64,000 bases of DNA, taken from contig JBGCEH010000001.1 of NCBI GenBank assembly GCA_045106195.1, forward strand, positions 105,887-169,886, in the 5' to 3' direction. A program made the position numbers and the translations under genes. Positions 27,743 through 38,837 of the stretch are shown here, one piece after another (position 1 is the stretch's first letter; each line of letters opens with the position of its first letter). The stretch is from Granulosicoccus sp. Lineage in GTDB: Bacteria; Pseudomonadota; Gammaproteobacteria; Granulosicoccales; Granulosicoccaceae. The notes under the pieces were generated by a model. It was given only the letters and a program-made list of their open reading frames with translations. It did no database searches and was not told the origin of the DNA.

Positions 27743-29511
27743 TTGAAAACGGTGTTTTGCACGGTCAGGAGACGCTCGTCATCAGGATGATTTTCCAACG
27801 CAGTTTGTATCAATGACTTCGCTTCACTCTCAGCCCCACTCAGCCACAGTGCCTCACCCAGGTGAGCAGCAATTTCGGGATCAGGAAATTGCTGATAGGC
27901 ACTACGCAACAACGCAATGGCTTCTTCATACTGACCCTGCCGAAAACGCAACCACCCCAGACTATCCATGATTGCCGGATCATCGGGTAACAACGCATTG
28001 GCTTTTACCAGCAACTTCTCTGCAAGTTCCAATTCGATGTTTTCATCGGCATAATGATATCCCAGCGCATTCAACGCATGCGCATTGTCCGGATCAAGCT
28101 CGATCAAACGATTGAGGTCGAGTAACATACGGGCATCGTCACCAACCGAATTAGCGGTGAGCGCCCGCGAATAGAGCAGGTCTTCGTCATCCGGAAAACG
28201 CACCAGCCCCTCGTTCAGCACCAGCAGAGCCTCTGAATCCTGATTTGCATTTTGCAACATACGGCTCTCTGCTGCGACAAGACGTGGCTGCATGACGGGA
28301 TTGGAAACCGATTCTGACAGGCGCTGCAACCGCGACCTGCCCTCCGCCAGGTTGCCTGTCCGTGCAGCAAGCTCTGCCGCTCTTACGCGGGCATTGAACT
28401 GGAGGTCGCTTTGCATCACGGCATCGTAATAGCTGATAGCGGTGTCAAAATTCTGCTGATCATCAGCAATTCTTGCCAGATAGAAGTTCGCCTGGTCGCT
28501 GTGCTCACCGGAAGCCAGCAATTGTTCAAGAAAGCGCTGCGCCTGATCGATGCGACGCGACTCGATGGCCAGTAGACCGATCGTGAGCAGCGTATCCGGA
28601 TCAGAGCCAGAATCATTGTGAATCCGATCCAGTAATGCTCCGATATCATCGTAGCGACCGCTGGCGGCCAGCAGCTGCGCGTAACCGAGTCGCAGTTGGG
28701 CGTCATCCGGATTGGCCTCCAGCGCAGCCTCTAGAGACGCGAACGCCTCATCAGGGCTGCCGGTACCGCTTAAAATCTGGGCACGCAACAATAGCGAGTC
28801 AGTGTCACGGGGTGACAAGCGCACAGCAGCCTCTACGGATTCAAGGGCCGCGTCATTGTCGCCATTGGTGATGAGCGCCCGTGCCAGCCCCAAATGTGCC
28901 TCGCTTTCATTGCCATACTGTTTTACCAGGCTTTGCATGACTGAGACCGACGTTAACGGATCTTCATTGCGTTGAAGCTCGAACTGGATATCACGAAGTG
29001 TCTTGCGGCGGTCATCACTGGTCTTGAGCAAGTCTGAAAACAGCTGTGCAACCTCATCGTTTTTATCCTGACGAAGTAGCGCCTGCCCAAGTATTTGCGG
29101 GGCTTCGGTATTGTCTGGATCCAGATTGATCCAACGCCGTGAAGCTGACTCCGCCTGTGCCCACTGTCTACCGAACATCGCTAGCCTGGTGGCACGTTCC
29201 GAGACACGTGGGTCATTGGTATGTTCCGAGGCGCGCAGGTAACCTTCCAACGCCACATCCAGTTGACCACGCCGTCCGGCAAGCTCGGCGATCATCAGCT
29301 CAAACATGAGCTGTGAGTCCATATCGGATTGCGTGCCATTCCGGGCGGGCGCTGGGGACTCGGATTGAGCCAATGCCTGCTGTGGTGCCAGCGGTATCGA
29401 GCTGCACCCAAGCAAAAGAATCGGCAGAAAGGCCGATAAAGCTTTACGCGCAACCGCTTTCGTGTCAAAACACTCCAACATGAGTACTCCAGACCAATAT
29501 TGTGAATTCAT
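27739..29511 (-). CDS. Tetratricopeptide-repeat lipoprotein
   Basis: Lipobox LLGC, many TPRs, C-terminal ALNALGY...DSLGWLRFRQG...EIAAHLGEALW; conserved neighbour of hemA; start may be 29481. Confidence 0.92.
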   Translation of the reverse strand: MNSQYWSGVLMLECFDTKAVARKALSAFLPILLLGCSSIPLAPQQALAQSESPAPARNGTQSDMDSQLMFELMIAELAGRRGQLDVALEGYLRASEHTNDPRVSERATRLAMFGRQWAQAESASRRWINLDPDNTEAPQILGQALLRQDKNDEVAQLFSDLLKTSDDRRKTLRDIQFELQRNEDPLTSVSVMQSLVKQYGNESEAHLGLARALITNGDNDAALESVEAAVRLSPRDTDSLLLRAQILSGTGSPDEAFASLEAALEANPDDAQLRLGYAQLLAASGRYDDIGALLDRIHNDSGSDPDTLLTIGLLAIESRRIDQAQRFLEQLLASGEHSDQANFYLARIADDQQNFDTAISYYDAVMQSDLQFNARVRAAELAARTGNLAEGRSRLQRLSESVSNPVMQPRLVAAESRMLQNANQDSEALLVLNEGLVRFPDDEDLLYSRALTANSVGDDARMLLDLNRLIELDPDNAHALNALGYHYADENIELELAEKLLVKANALLPDDPAIMDSLGWLRFRQGQYEEAIALLRSAYQQFPDPEIAAHLGEALWLSGAESEAKSLIQTALENHPDDERLLTVQNTVFK

Positions 29512-29576
29512 TTGAACTAGGATACAGACACATCAGTGCAAATCAATGCACGAAGAGTCTGCTAACCCGCCGTTTT

Positions 29577-29585
29577 TGCTAGAAT
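29577..29585 (+). promoter_or_regulatory. Extended -10 promoter placing +1 at or near the hemA ATG
   Basis: TG-C-TAGAAT (29577-29585), 6 nt, ATG at 29592; no SD sequence. Confidence 0.5.
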
Positions 29586-29591
29586 CGCGAT

Positions 29592-30854
29592 ATGCCCATA
29601 CTCGCGCTAGGCCTTAATCATCACACCGCTCCTGTCGATATACGGGAGCGCGCGGCCATTGGTGAAGGCCAACTGGGTGATGCGTTAAAAGCACTGCGTG
29701 ATGTTCGTCCAGTAAAAGAAGCCGCTATAGTGTCGACTTGCAACCGTACCGAGTTCTATTGCGGTATGGATAACCAGGACACCAGCGCCGTTGTTCAATG
29801 GATGCACCGTTACTTCGAGCTTCGAGACAACGGCTTCGAGCCCTACCTGTTTCACCATGCCGATCGCGAGGCGGTTCGCCATCTCATGCGCGTTTGCAGT
29901 GGTCTTGACTCCATGGTGTTGGGCGAGCCACAGATTCTCGGCCAGATAAAACGTGCCTATCGCGACGCCGACGAACATGGCGCGCTGGGCAACGAGCTCT
30001 CACCACTTTTTCAAACCGCATTTTCAGTCGCCAAGAAAGTACGCACTGATACCGCCATCGGCAACAGCCCTGTCTCTGTGGCATTTGCTGCGGTCAGTCT
30101 GTCGCGCCAGATCTTTGCAGATCTCAGCCAACAGAAAGCCTTGCTCATCGGTGCCGGTGAAACCATCCAGCTGGCAGCACGGCATCTCCAGTCAGCGGGT
30201 ATCGGCAGCATCCTGATTGCCAACCGCACACTGGAAAAAGCTGCTGTCCTGGCCCAGGAAATCGGCGGAAAAGCAATTGGCATCAAAGATATACCCGACG
30301 CACTGCCCGATGCCGACATCATTATCAGTTCCACAGGCTCCACGCTGCCCATTCTTGGCAAAGGTACTGTCCAGAAGGCGCTGCGCAAACGCCGCTTCCG
30401 TTCACAGCTGATTGTGGATATCGCCGTTCCACGTGATGTAGAAACAGAGGTCAATGAAATAGACGGCGTCTTCCTGTACACCGTCGATGACCTGCAAGCT
30501 GTGATAGAGGAGAACAGACAATCCAGGCAGGAGGCCGCGTTCGAGGCAGAAGAGATCGTTACCACCCAGGTCGATCTGTTCATGACCAAAATCCAGGCAT
30601 TAGGGGCCAACGACGTCATACGCGCCTATCGGAGCAAAATCGAAACCATCAAGACCAGCGCCCTGGATAAATCATTGAAACAACTGCGGGCTGGCCAGGA
30701 TCCGGAAACCGTTCTGCAACAGCTAGCCCATACATTGAGCAACAAAGTCATGCATGCACCCACGGCAAGCATGCGCGAGGCTGCACAACTTGGCAACCAT
30801 CACATCATAGAAGCCGCACGCACTCTGCTGGACTTGCCACAGAACAAATCATGA
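29592..30854 (+). CDS. hemA: Glutamyl-tRNA reductase
   Basis: [48 protein letters not shown]. Confidence 0.98.
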   Translation: MPILALGLNHHTAPVDIRERAAIGEGQLGDALKALRDVRPVKEAAIVSTCNRTEFYCGMDNQDTSAVVQWMHRYFELRDNGFEPYLFHHADREAVRHLMRVCSGLDSMVLGEPQILGQIKRAYRDADEHGALGNELSPLFQTAFSVAKKVRTDTAIGNSPVSVAFAAVSLSRQIFADLSQQKALLIGAGETIQLAARHLQSAGIGSILIANRTLEKAAVLAQEIGGKAIGIKDIPDALPDADIIISSTGSTLPILGKGTVQKALRKRRFRSQLIVDIAVPRDVETEVNEIDGVFLYTVDDLQAVIEENRQSRQEAAFEAEEIVTTQVDLFMTKIQALGANDVIRAYRSKIETIKTSALDKSLKQLRAGQDPETVLQQLAHTLSNKVMHAPTASMREAAQLGNHHIIEAARTLLDLPQNKS

Positions 30855-31933
30855 AAGCCTCCATTCAGGCAAAGCTGGAAAGCGTTGCCGAACGTCACGA
30901 AGAAATCGCTGCCCTGCTGGGTGACCCTGACACCATCAATGATCAGAATCGATTTCGCGAGCTATCCAAAGAATATTCGCAGCTCGAACCCATCGTCTCT
31001 GCATTCGCAGCCTACCAGCAGACAGAAAAAGATTTAAACAACGCTCGCGAGATGGCCAACGACAGTGATGCCGACATGCGCGCCATGGCCAATGAAGAGC
31101 TGCCGGAACTGCAAGAGCGCCTTGCGGCTGAAGAGCTGTCACTGCAAACGCTGCTACTACCCCGTGATCCACGCGATGAGAACAACGCGTTTCTTGAAAT
31201 CAGGGCAGGTACCGGCGGTGACGAAGCAGCGATCTTTGCAGGCGATCTACTTCGAATGTACCTTCGTTATGCCGAGATAAACAACTGGCGCAGCGAAATC
31301 ATCAACGAACGCCAGGGCGATCATGGCGGCTACAAGGAAGTTGTATGCCGCCTGTCCGGCGACCGCGTTTTTTCCCGGCTAAAATTCGAGTCCGGGGCAC
31401 ATCGAGTGCAACGTGTTCCGGAAACCGAATCACAAGGCAGAGTCCACACCTCGGCGGCAACGGTTGCCATACTGCCCGAAGTCGATCAGGTTGAAGAGAT
31501 CAATATCAACGCGGCCGATATCCGCGTTGATACCTTTCGCGCATCAGGCGCCGGTGGTCAGCACGTCAACAAGACCGATTCGGCAATTCGCCTTACACAT
31601 ATTCCCACTGGAGTGGTGGTTGAATGCCAGGACGAACGTTCGCAACACAAGAACCGCGCAAAAGCCATGGCATTGCTACAGGCTCGCCTGCTCAACGCCG
31701 AGCAATCCAAACAGCAAGACGCCGAATCAGAATCACGTCGCCTGCAAGTCGGTTCAGGTGATCGCTCGGAACGCATTCGGACTTACAACTTCCCGCAGGG
31801 CCGGCTGACAGATCATCGCATTAACCTGACGCTCTACAAGCTTGACGACATCATGGCTGGATCGCTCGGCGATATCATTGACCCGTTGACCGCTGAACAT
31901 CAGGCGGACTTGCTGGCCGAGTTCGGCGACTGA
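30851..31933 (+). CDS. prfA: Peptide chain release factor 1
   Basis: [30 protein letters not shown] (PxT), [20 protein letters not shown]. Confidence 0.98.
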   Translation: MKASIQAKLESVAERHEEIAALLGDPDTINDQNRFRELSKEYSQLEPIVSAFAAYQQTEKDLNNAREMANDSDADMRAMANEELPELQERLAAEELSLQTLLLPRDPRDENNAFLEIRAGTGGDEAAIFAGDLLRMYLRYAEINNWRSEIINERQGDHGGYKEVVCRLSGDRVFSRLKFESGAHRVQRVPETESQGRVHTSAATVAILPEVDQVEEININAADIRVDTFRASGAGGQHVNKTDSAIRLTHIPTGVVVECQDERSQHKNRAKAMALLQARLLNAEQSKQQDAESESRRLQVGSGDRSERIRTYNFPQGRLTDHRINLTLYKLDDIMAGSLGDIIDPLTAEHQADLLAEFGD

Positions 31934-32781
31934 ACACAGTAGGACACTGGCTGGCGCGGGCAACCGAACAACTGCGAACATCAGCCCACACAGACACCCC
32001 GGAGCTCGATGTCCAGCTCCTTGCCTGCCACCATCTGGGTATTTCCCGCAGCCGCCTGTTCGCCTTTCCCGAAAAGCTTATAGCGGACGACGTCATAGTT
32101 GAACTGGACGCATCACTCGCACGACGCATCAATGCCGTACCTATAGCCTACATCACCGGAAGCAGACATTTCTGGTCTAGCGAATTACGCACCGTTCCCG
32201 GCACGCTGGTACCCAGACCCGAGACAGAAATCCTCGTTGAAAAAGCACTCGAACTCGCCGTACAGATTCCCGAAGGCATCATCCTTGATCTGGGCACGGG
32301 TACCGGTGCCATTGCCATCGCTGTCGCTTCTGAATTACCTGAAAAACATATCGTTGCGATAGAACGCAGCTCGCTTGCCTTGCCCGTTGCACAGGAGAAT
32401 ATCAACACACAAGCTTGTCAGAACCTGCATCTCATACAAGGCAGTTGGCTTGATGCCATAGCCGACGACGCAGCGGCCATGATCCTCGCCAACCCGCCCT
32501 ACCTAGCCACCGATGATCCGCATCTTGAGCAATTACACCACGAGCCACACGACGCACTGGTAAGCGGCCCTTCAGGACTTGAAGATCTTGAACACATCGT
32601 CGTTGAGAGCCTCAGAGCCGGAAAACCAGGCGCCCCTCTTATCCTGGAACACGGCTATGAACAGGCTGCCAGTGTGCGACAGCTACTGCTCGACTACAAT
32701 TACACAGGTGTGGGCACTGCGCTGGATCTGGCAGGCCTTGAAAGAATCAGCTTCGGTTTTGTGGCTATCACATCTCTATGA
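31930..32781 (+). CDS. prmC: Release factor glutamine methyltransferase (HemK), probable CTG start
   Basis: Continuous frame from CTG 31930 (CTGA overlap with prfA stop): ...[13 protein letters not shown]...[11 protein letters not shown]...[11 protein letters not shown]...NPPY...LEHG; the ORF track shows only 32380-32781. Confidence 0.93.
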   Translation: MNTVGHWLARATEQLRTSAHTDTPELDVQLLACHHLGISRSRLFAFPEKLIADDVIVELDASLARRINAVPIAYITGSRHFWSSELRTVPGTLVPRPETEILVEKALELAVQIPEGIILDLGTGTGAIAIAVASELPEKHIVAIERSSLALPVAQENINTQACQNLHLIQGSWLDAIADDAAAMILANPPYLATDDPHLEQLHHEPHDALVSGPSGLEDLEHIVVESLRAGKPGAPLILEHGYEQAASVRQLLLDYNYTGVGTALDLAGLERISFGFVAITSL

Positions 32782-32787
32782 CATCTC

Positions 32788-34314
32788 ATGAGCGGTAAAA
32801 ACCCGATACAAGGTGAGCGCAAGCAGGCCGTCTACGCAGCCATCGATCTGGGCTCAAACAGCTTTCACATGATGATTGCCGAACCCGAGGGTAGCTCTAT
32901 CCGCAAGGTTGACAGCCTGCGAATGCCCACTCGCCTTGGCGCCGGGCTCGATGAAAACAAGTGCCTCAAACCTGAAACTCTGAAAGTGGCGCTGGATGCG
33001 CTTGCGAAATATGCAGAGCGTCTGCGTGATGTTCCCAGAAAAAACATCAGCATGGTCGGCACCAATACACTTCGTCGGGCAATGAATCGTGACGAGTTCA
33101 TGCAGAAAGCAAAACAAATCCTTGGTGTGCCCATCCAGATCATATCCGGAAGAGAAGAGGCGCGCCTGATCTACACCGCTGTTTCACATACATTTCCCGA
33201 TAGCAATCGTCAGCGCCTGGTTCTGGACATTGGAGGTGGTAGTACCGAGATGGTCATCGGTAAAGGCTTTGAACCGAAGCTTCTGGAAAGCGTCAACATG
33301 GGCTGCGTCAGTTACACCAGCCAGTTTCTATGCGGTGAACAGGGCATTACCGCTGTCACCATGAAACGCGCAACAGTTGAAGCAGAACTCGAACTGCAGC
33401 CATTGATGGTCGCTTACAAGGAATGCGGATGGGATGAAGTCATAGGCTGCTCGGGAACCATAAAAGCTGCTTCACGCATGCTGGCAGAACTCGGCATCAC
33501 CGACGGTGCCATTACAAAAGACGGACTGAAACGTCTGGTAAAAGAGATCGCCAAAGCCGGCAGCGTAGCAACCATGAATCTGCACAGCGTCAGCGAGAGT
33601 CGTGTTCAGGTAGTCGCTGGCGGTATCGCTGTGTTGCGCGCCATCATGAAAACCTTGAACATCGAGGTCATGCAGGCCAGCCAGGTAGCTCTGCGAGAAG
33701 GTCTTGTGTTCGAGATGCTTGGCAAGGCAGAGCATGTCGATATCCAGAGCCAGACACTGACCAATCTTTCTCAGCGTTATTCAATTGATGAGCGGCAAGC
33801 AAAACGTGTTGAGATTACGGCGACCAAACTTTTCAATCATGTTGCGGATCCTTGGAATCTTGCGACCGATTCAGACCTGCCTCTGTTGCAATGGGCAGCA
33901 CAACTGCATGAGCTAGGCATGGGTGTCGCCCACACCCAGTACCACAAACATGGCGCTTATATCCTGGAAAACTCGGACCTGCTGGGTTTTACACTTGCCG
34001 AGCAAAAAGCGCTGGCTCTGCTAGTACGATTTCACAGACGCAAGATAGACAACACAGCCTTCGATGGTCTACCCGCAGAAGAGCGTGACAGACTATTGCG
34101 CTTGCTTGGCTTGTTGCGTCTGGCGGCTCTGCTACATCGTGGCCGCTATGACGATTCGCTGGATGAGGTCAATGTCCGGATCAATCAAGGACAAATAACC
34201 GTCATCGCCCCACAAGCCTGGCTTGATTCTCATCCACTGACTCATGCCGAGCTACAAGCTGAAGCTGAACGATTCATGCACATTGAAATCCAGCTTAAAG
34301 CCGAGAACAGCTAA
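32788..34314 (+). CDS. ppx: Exopolyphosphatase (Ppx/GppA family)
   Basis: AAIDLGSNSFHM, ISGREEARLIY, DIGGGSTE, LREG, HD-like WAAQLHELG. Confidence 0.95.
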   Translation: MSGKNPIQGERKQAVYAAIDLGSNSFHMMIAEPEGSSIRKVDSLRMPTRLGAGLDENKCLKPETLKVALDALAKYAERLRDVPRKNISMVGTNTLRRAMNRDEFMQKAKQILGVPIQIISGREEARLIYTAVSHTFPDSNRQRLVLDIGGGSTEMVIGKGFEPKLLESVNMGCVSYTSQFLCGEQGITAVTMKRATVEAELELQPLMVAYKECGWDEVIGCSGTIKAASRMLAELGITDGAITKDGLKRLVKEIAKAGSVATMNLHSVSESRVQVVAGGIAVLRAIMKTLNIEVMQASQVALREGLVFEMLGKAEHVDIQSQTLTNLSQRYSIDERQAKRVEITATKLFNHVADPWNLATDSDLPLLQWAAQLHELGMGVAHTQYHKHGAYILENSDLLGFTLAEQKALALLVRFHRRKIDNTAFDGLPAEERDRLLRLLGLLRLAALLHRGRYDDSLDEVNVRINQGQITVIAPQAWLDSHPLTHAELQAEAERFMHIEIQLKAENS

Positions 34315-34320
34315 TCTTGG

Positions 34321-36447
34321 CTAGTGGTGCGTACGACCACCACCATAACGATTAATCAGGAACTGCTGAGCGCTGAAGGGCACATCGTTGTCCGGTTGAA
34401 GTCTTTCGTAACGCCCTTCGGCGTTTAGCTGCCAGGCAAACTTGTTATCCTTCAGATAGATATCAAGACACTCCTCCTTTACACGCCGCAATGCTTCGTC
34501 TTCCAACGGTACAGCAATCTCGACACGATTGAAGAAGTTACGCGGCATCCAGTCGGCACTACTGATATATAGCTGCTCCCGCCCTTTATTATTGAACCAG
34601 AACACCCGTGAATGTTCAAGAAAACGTCCCAGAACAGACACCACCCGAATATTCTCTGACACGCCAGGCAATCCCGGCTTTAACATACAGATCCCACGCA
34701 CTACCAGCTCCACAGTAACGCCTGCTTGTGATGCCTTGTACAAGGCATCAATGACGCCTGGGTCTACCAGTGAATTCATTCGTGCGATAACATGCCCATC
34801 ACCGCCGTCTCTGGCAATTTTTGTCTCATTGCCGATACGCTCCAGTATATATTTATGCAATGTAAACGGGGCTTGAATAAGCTGCTTCAAGTTTAGCGCC
34901 TGCCCCAACCCAGTCAGTTGAGTAAACACACGATTAACATCTTCCGTTATCGATTTACTGTTAGTAAGCATGCTCATATCCGTATAAGCTCGGGCCGTTG
35001 TGGCATGATAATTACCCGTCCCCACATGCACGTAACGCACAAGCTTTTGCTTTTCACGCCGAACCACCAACAGCATTTTGGCGTGCGTTTTGAAACCCAC
35101 AACGCCGTAAACCACTTGTATCCCAGACTCTTGTAAACGAGTGGCGAGCTCAATATTGGCTTCTTCGTCAAAGCGTGCACGTAGCTCGATAACCACAGTG
35201 ACATCCTTGCCCGCCCGTGACGCTTCCATCAAGGAGCTGACAAACACTGATTCATGACCCGTACGATAAAGCGTCTGCTTGATAGCCAACACATCCGGAT
35301 CTGCCGCCGCCTGACGAATGAGTTCAATGACGGGGACATACGATTCATAGGGATGATGAAAGAGCAATGGCCCACGCTGCGCAATATGCTCGAAGATATT
35401 TACGCCAGATTCAAATGCATTGGCAACGTGTGGTGTAAACGATGGGTACTTCAGATCAGGCCGATCTATCTCATCCGGTATGGCAAACAGACGATTAAGA
35501 TTCACAGGCCCATTCACACGGTACACAGACTCATCACGTAACTTGAATTGCCGTTGCAGGTACTTGACGATGCGGTTCGGACAATTGCCTGCCACTTCAA
35601 GCCTGACTGCCTGTCCGAAATTGCGTTGCACCAGTTCTGTCTCCAAAGCACGCCGCAGGTTAGCGACCTCTTCTTCAGAAACATACAGATCGCTGTTGCG
35701 CGTCACCTTGAATTGATAGACACCCACTGGGTCCATACCGCTGAATAGCTGGCTGATCTGCGAATGTATGATGGATGATAGAAACACAAATCCATCACGT
35801 ACCCCACAAATTTCAGATGGCACACGAATAACGCGCGGCAACGATCTGGGGGCACGTACGAGCGCAAACCCCGAGTCACGTCCGAAAGCATCCTGGCCAC
35901 GAAGGTCAATGATAAAACTCAAGCTTTTGTTGGTAATGCGCGGAAACGGATGTGCAGGATCCAGACCCAGAGGGCTTAGCACCGGTGCAATGTCAGAGAT
36001 AAAGAAATCCTTTATCCATTCCCGCATGCTTTCATCCCAGCTTTGACGCGGAAAGAAACGAATATCCTGATCTGCCAACTCAGGCAGCAGCACATCATTC
36101 AGCAATTTATACTGATGTTCAACCAGTGCACGACAATCCTGGTTAATGCCCTCCATCTCCTGCATGGGCGACAGACCATCGATACCAGCGCCCTCCATGC
36201 CACCTTCGATCTTCTGCATGAGCCCGGCTACCCGAATCTCGAAGAACTCATCCAGGTTACTGGAGGAAATGCACAGAAAACGCAGCCTTTCCAGCAACGG
36301 TACCTGCGGATCACTGGCCAGTGCCAGAACACGTTCATCGAATGCCAGAAAGCTCAGCTCGCGATTAGCCAGCGCTAGACCCTGATACTGACGGCGCGAC
36401 CATTGCTCAGGCCCGGTTGCCGACGGCGTTCGTTTCTTGGTATTCAT
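34321..36447 (-). CDS. ppk1: Polyphosphate kinase 1
   Basis: NRELSFLAFDERVL, SSNLDEFFEIRVAGL, HHPYES, IKQTLYRT, ARFDEEANI, KTHAK, LEHSR, SADWMPRN. Confidence 0.97.
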   Translation of the reverse strand: MNTKKRTPSATGPEQWSRRQYQGLALANRELSFLAFDERVLALASDPQVPLLERLRFLCISSSNLDEFFEIRVAGLMQKIEGGMEGAGIDGLSPMQEMEGINQDCRALVEHQYKLLNDVLLPELADQDIRFFPRQSWDESMREWIKDFFISDIAPVLSPLGLDPAHPFPRITNKSLSFIIDLRGQDAFGRDSGFALVRAPRSLPRVIRVPSEICGVRDGFVFLSSIIHSQISQLFSGMDPVGVYQFKVTRNSDLYVSEEEVANLRRALETELVQRNFGQAVRLEVAGNCPNRIVKYLQRQFKLRDESVYRVNGPVNLNRLFAIPDEIDRPDLKYPSFTPHVANAFESGVNIFEHIAQRGPLLFHHPYESYVPVIELIRQAAADPDVLAIKQTLYRTGHESVFVSSLMEASRAGKDVTVVIELRARFDEEANIELATRLQESGIQVVYGVVGFKTHAKMLLVVRREKQKLVRYVHVGTGNYHATTARAYTDMSMLTNSKSITEDVNRVFTQLTGLGQALNLKQLIQAPFTLHKYILERIGNETKIARDGGDGHVIARMNSLVDPGVIDALYKASQAGVTVELVVRGICMLKPGLPGVSENIRVVSVLGRFLEHSRVFWFNNKGREQLYISSADWMPRNFFNRVEIAVPLEDEALRRVKEECLDIYLKDNKFAWQLNAEGRYERLQPDNDVPFSAQQFLINRYGGGRTHH

Positions 36448-36463
36448 TTTCGTTTATTGGCGA

Positions 36464-37084
36464 TCATTGATGAGTCCGTGTTTCTGAACTCCGTATTTTC
36501 GAATGTTGGGATATGTAATCTATTGCAGTCTTGTGCAAGTCCGGGAAGAACGTATCAAACGGTCGGATCAGGGTATCGCGTAATGGCTCAAGCTGCTCCG
36601 TGGTTAACGCCAGAGCACCAAATTTTGTAGAACGGCCAGCAATACGTGACAAGGTAAGCTCGATTGATGACAGGTGGATATTGTTCTGCAAAATGTCTTC
36701 ACGCTGCAACAATCTTGTGAAACGCTTGAGTGGCAATGGAAAATGTTCTTCATGTCTGTTCAATGCCACGATAACCGATTTGGCATGGTGATCCAGCGTT
36801 ACCTCTGACACCTGATCCCAACGCCGCGCAAGATAATGATCAAACATCACATCGACAACGATACCGGCAAGGCGCCTCGGCACGTCAGGTATCTGTGCAC
36901 GAGCTGGAGCCAGCGCTGCATGAGTATCGGTGAAGCGATCCAGATGCCGATGCAGGCGAATTCCGCGCTCAACGCCTTCCGGAAAATGTGAAAGATCACT
37001 GCCGCGAACGAAATCTCCACAAAACTGGCCTGCAACAAGCTCTGAGTCGTTGAAACCGAGTAGGGAATGAGCGAGAAAATTCAC
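36464..37084 (-). CDS. acpH: Acyl carrier protein phosphodiesterase
   Basis: MNFLAH...GQFCGDFVRG...GIRLHRHLDRFTD...DVMFDHYLA; GTG start. Confidence 0.9.
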   Translation of the reverse strand: MNFLAHSLLGFNDSELVAGQFCGDFVRGSDLSHFPEGVERGIRLHRHLDRFTDTHAALAPARAQIPDVPRRLAGIVVDVMFDHYLARRWDQVSEVTLDHHAKSVIVALNRHEEHFPLPLKRFTRLLQREDILQNNIHLSSIELTLSRIAGRSTKFGALALTTEQLEPLRDTLIRPFDTFFPDLHKTAIDYISQHSKIRSSETRTHQ

Positions 37085-37128
37085 ACCTGTAAGTGTATCA
37101 CTGCAGCAGTCACGCTATGCTGTAGCAC

Positions 37129-37878
37129 ATGGATCTGACACCTGACCAACGTTATAGCCGCCACATCAGCCTTGAGCAGATGGGTGAATCCGGCCAGCAG
37201 AAACTCACCGATGCGCATGTGCTGATCGTGGGGCTGGGTGGACTTGGCTCTCCCGCTGCACTTTATCTGGCGGCAGCCGGGATAGGCCGTCTCAGTTTTT
37301 CTGACTTTGACACCGTTGAGACGTCCAATCTGCAGAGACAGATAGCGCATAACACTCACAGAGTCGGTCAACTGAAAACCGATTCGGCCCGTACTGCCTG
37401 TCTGGATATCAATCCAGATTGCCGGATTGACACGATAAACTATGCACTGGATGAAGAAGATCTGGCGACACTGATCCCCACATGCAGTGTTGTGCTTGAT
37501 TGTACAGACAACTTTCCCACCCGATTCGCCATTAACGAAGCCTGCGTCAGGAACAAGGTGCCGTTAGTCAGTGGCGCTGCTATTCGTTTCGACGGTCAAA
37601 TCAGTGTGTACGATTCACGCCAATCTGACTCGCCCTGCTACCAATGCCTGTATGGCAACGGCAGTTCGACGGCTGACACTTGCGCGCAGGCAGGAATCCT
37701 CGGACCGGTGGTCGGGATGGTCGGCTGCGTGCAAGCCATCGAAGCCATCAAACTAATCTGTGGTATGGGCGATAGTCTCGCCGGACGGTTAGTACTGTTT
37801 GACGGACTTTCCATGGAATGGAACGAGATACAACTGAAAAAAAACCCGGCCTGCACTTTGTGCGGACGGGCAATGTAA
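37129..37878 (+). CDS. moeB: Molybdopterin-synthase adenylyltransferase (MoeB/ThiF family)
   Basis: RYSRHI, VGLGGLGSP, SNLQRQI, DCTDNF, CYQC and C..C zinc pairs. Confidence 0.9.
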   Translation: MDLTPDQRYSRHISLEQMGESGQQKLTDAHVLIVGLGGLGSPAALYLAAAGIGRLSFSDFDTVETSNLQRQIAHNTHRVGQLKTDSARTACLDINPDCRIDTINYALDEEDLATLIPTCSVVLDCTDNFPTRFAINEACVRNKVPLVSGAAIRFDGQISVYDSRQSDSPCYQCLYGNGSSTADTCAQAGILGPVVGMVGCVQAIEAIKLICGMGDSLAGRLVLFDGLSMEWNEIQLKKNPACTLCGRAM

Positions 37879-37889
37879 AAGGGCAGCTG

Positions 37890-38408
37890 CTAAGCCATAT
37901 GTAGCCCGCGAATCGGCAAGTTGCGATCCTGAGTTCCAATGATTCCATCAAGCACCACCTCAAGATCCGGCCTCACGCTGGGTGAATTGGAGGTCGCGAT
38001 CACCTGCGTCAGCCCCTCAGGATTGACCAGATATAACCCTGGCTCGGCGTAAGGACCTGTAAGCTCACCGCCCGCCTCATGGTCAGTCAGATAGACTGAG
38101 AGCTGCCGGCACTCTTCAACACTTAAGCTATGAGCAACTGGCAACGTCCAGCCATTTTCATCAATGGTGCGACGCACGATGTGCTCCGGATCCATGGATG
38201 CAAGCATGAGATCAACTTCGCGCTCAGCATATCCAGCTGCGAGCTCATGCAAACGGGCAACATAAGTCTTACAACGTGGGCAATGATCACCGCGATAAAC
38301 GATCAGCACCGTCCACCGGCCTTTGTTATCGCCAATTCGCTCGGTACCACCCGACATCATCTTGAATTCGATTGGTGGGAAAGGATTTGCCGGTTTGATA
38401 ACTGCCAT
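37890..38408 (-). CDS. AhpC/TSA-like redoxin (peroxiredoxin-like, CxxC)
   Basis: YRGDHCPRC, AEPGLYLVNPEG, RPDL...PIRG. Confidence 0.82.
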   Translation of the reverse strand: MAVIKPANPFPPIEFKMMSGGTERIGDNKGRWTVLIVYRGDHCPRCKTYVARLHELAAGYAEREVDLMLASMDPEHIVRRTIDENGWTLPVAHSLSVEECRQLSVYLTDHEAGGELTGPYAEPGLYLVNPEGLTQVIATSNSPSVRPDLEVVLDGIIGTQDRNLPIRGLHMA

Positions 38409-38837
38409 TGAATTGTCCAGATGAGTGATGAAATTTCAGGGTGACTCGGGCTGATGCTATCAGATACAAATAAAGGACAGTCCGGATACCGTGGAAAATA
38501 AACGTGTCATTACTACAACGTCAGTGGATCAATAAAGTGCAACTCTTGCACGCTGGTTTGGATAGACAGAACCTGAACTTAACAGCGTATTTCCAATTCC
38601 TGAATAATTTCGGCACTACAGATGTGGGGTTTATGGGTGTATGCGTTAGGGTGAAACTTCTGTTGCGCCGATACGCTCTGTGTTCAATTATTCACTAAAT
38701 CAATACAAGCCATCACTGGGAACGCGATAAACGAAAAACTTCGTGCGGCGACAGTGTCAGGGTTCCTTTAGGAGATCAGAAGAAATACAATCAGCGGATA
38801 GGACAGCCCCATTCCCGGATTCAACTAAGAGAAAATA

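Noticed and set aside
31930-32379. prmC as a truncated or frameshifted pseudogene (ORF track shows only 133 aa)
   Set aside because: The frame is open and encodes the complete N-terminal domain from 31930; only the start codon is non-canonical.
38409-38837. Fur box upstream of the siderophore-interacting protein
   Set aside because: No reasonable match to GATAATGATAATCATTATC found by eye.
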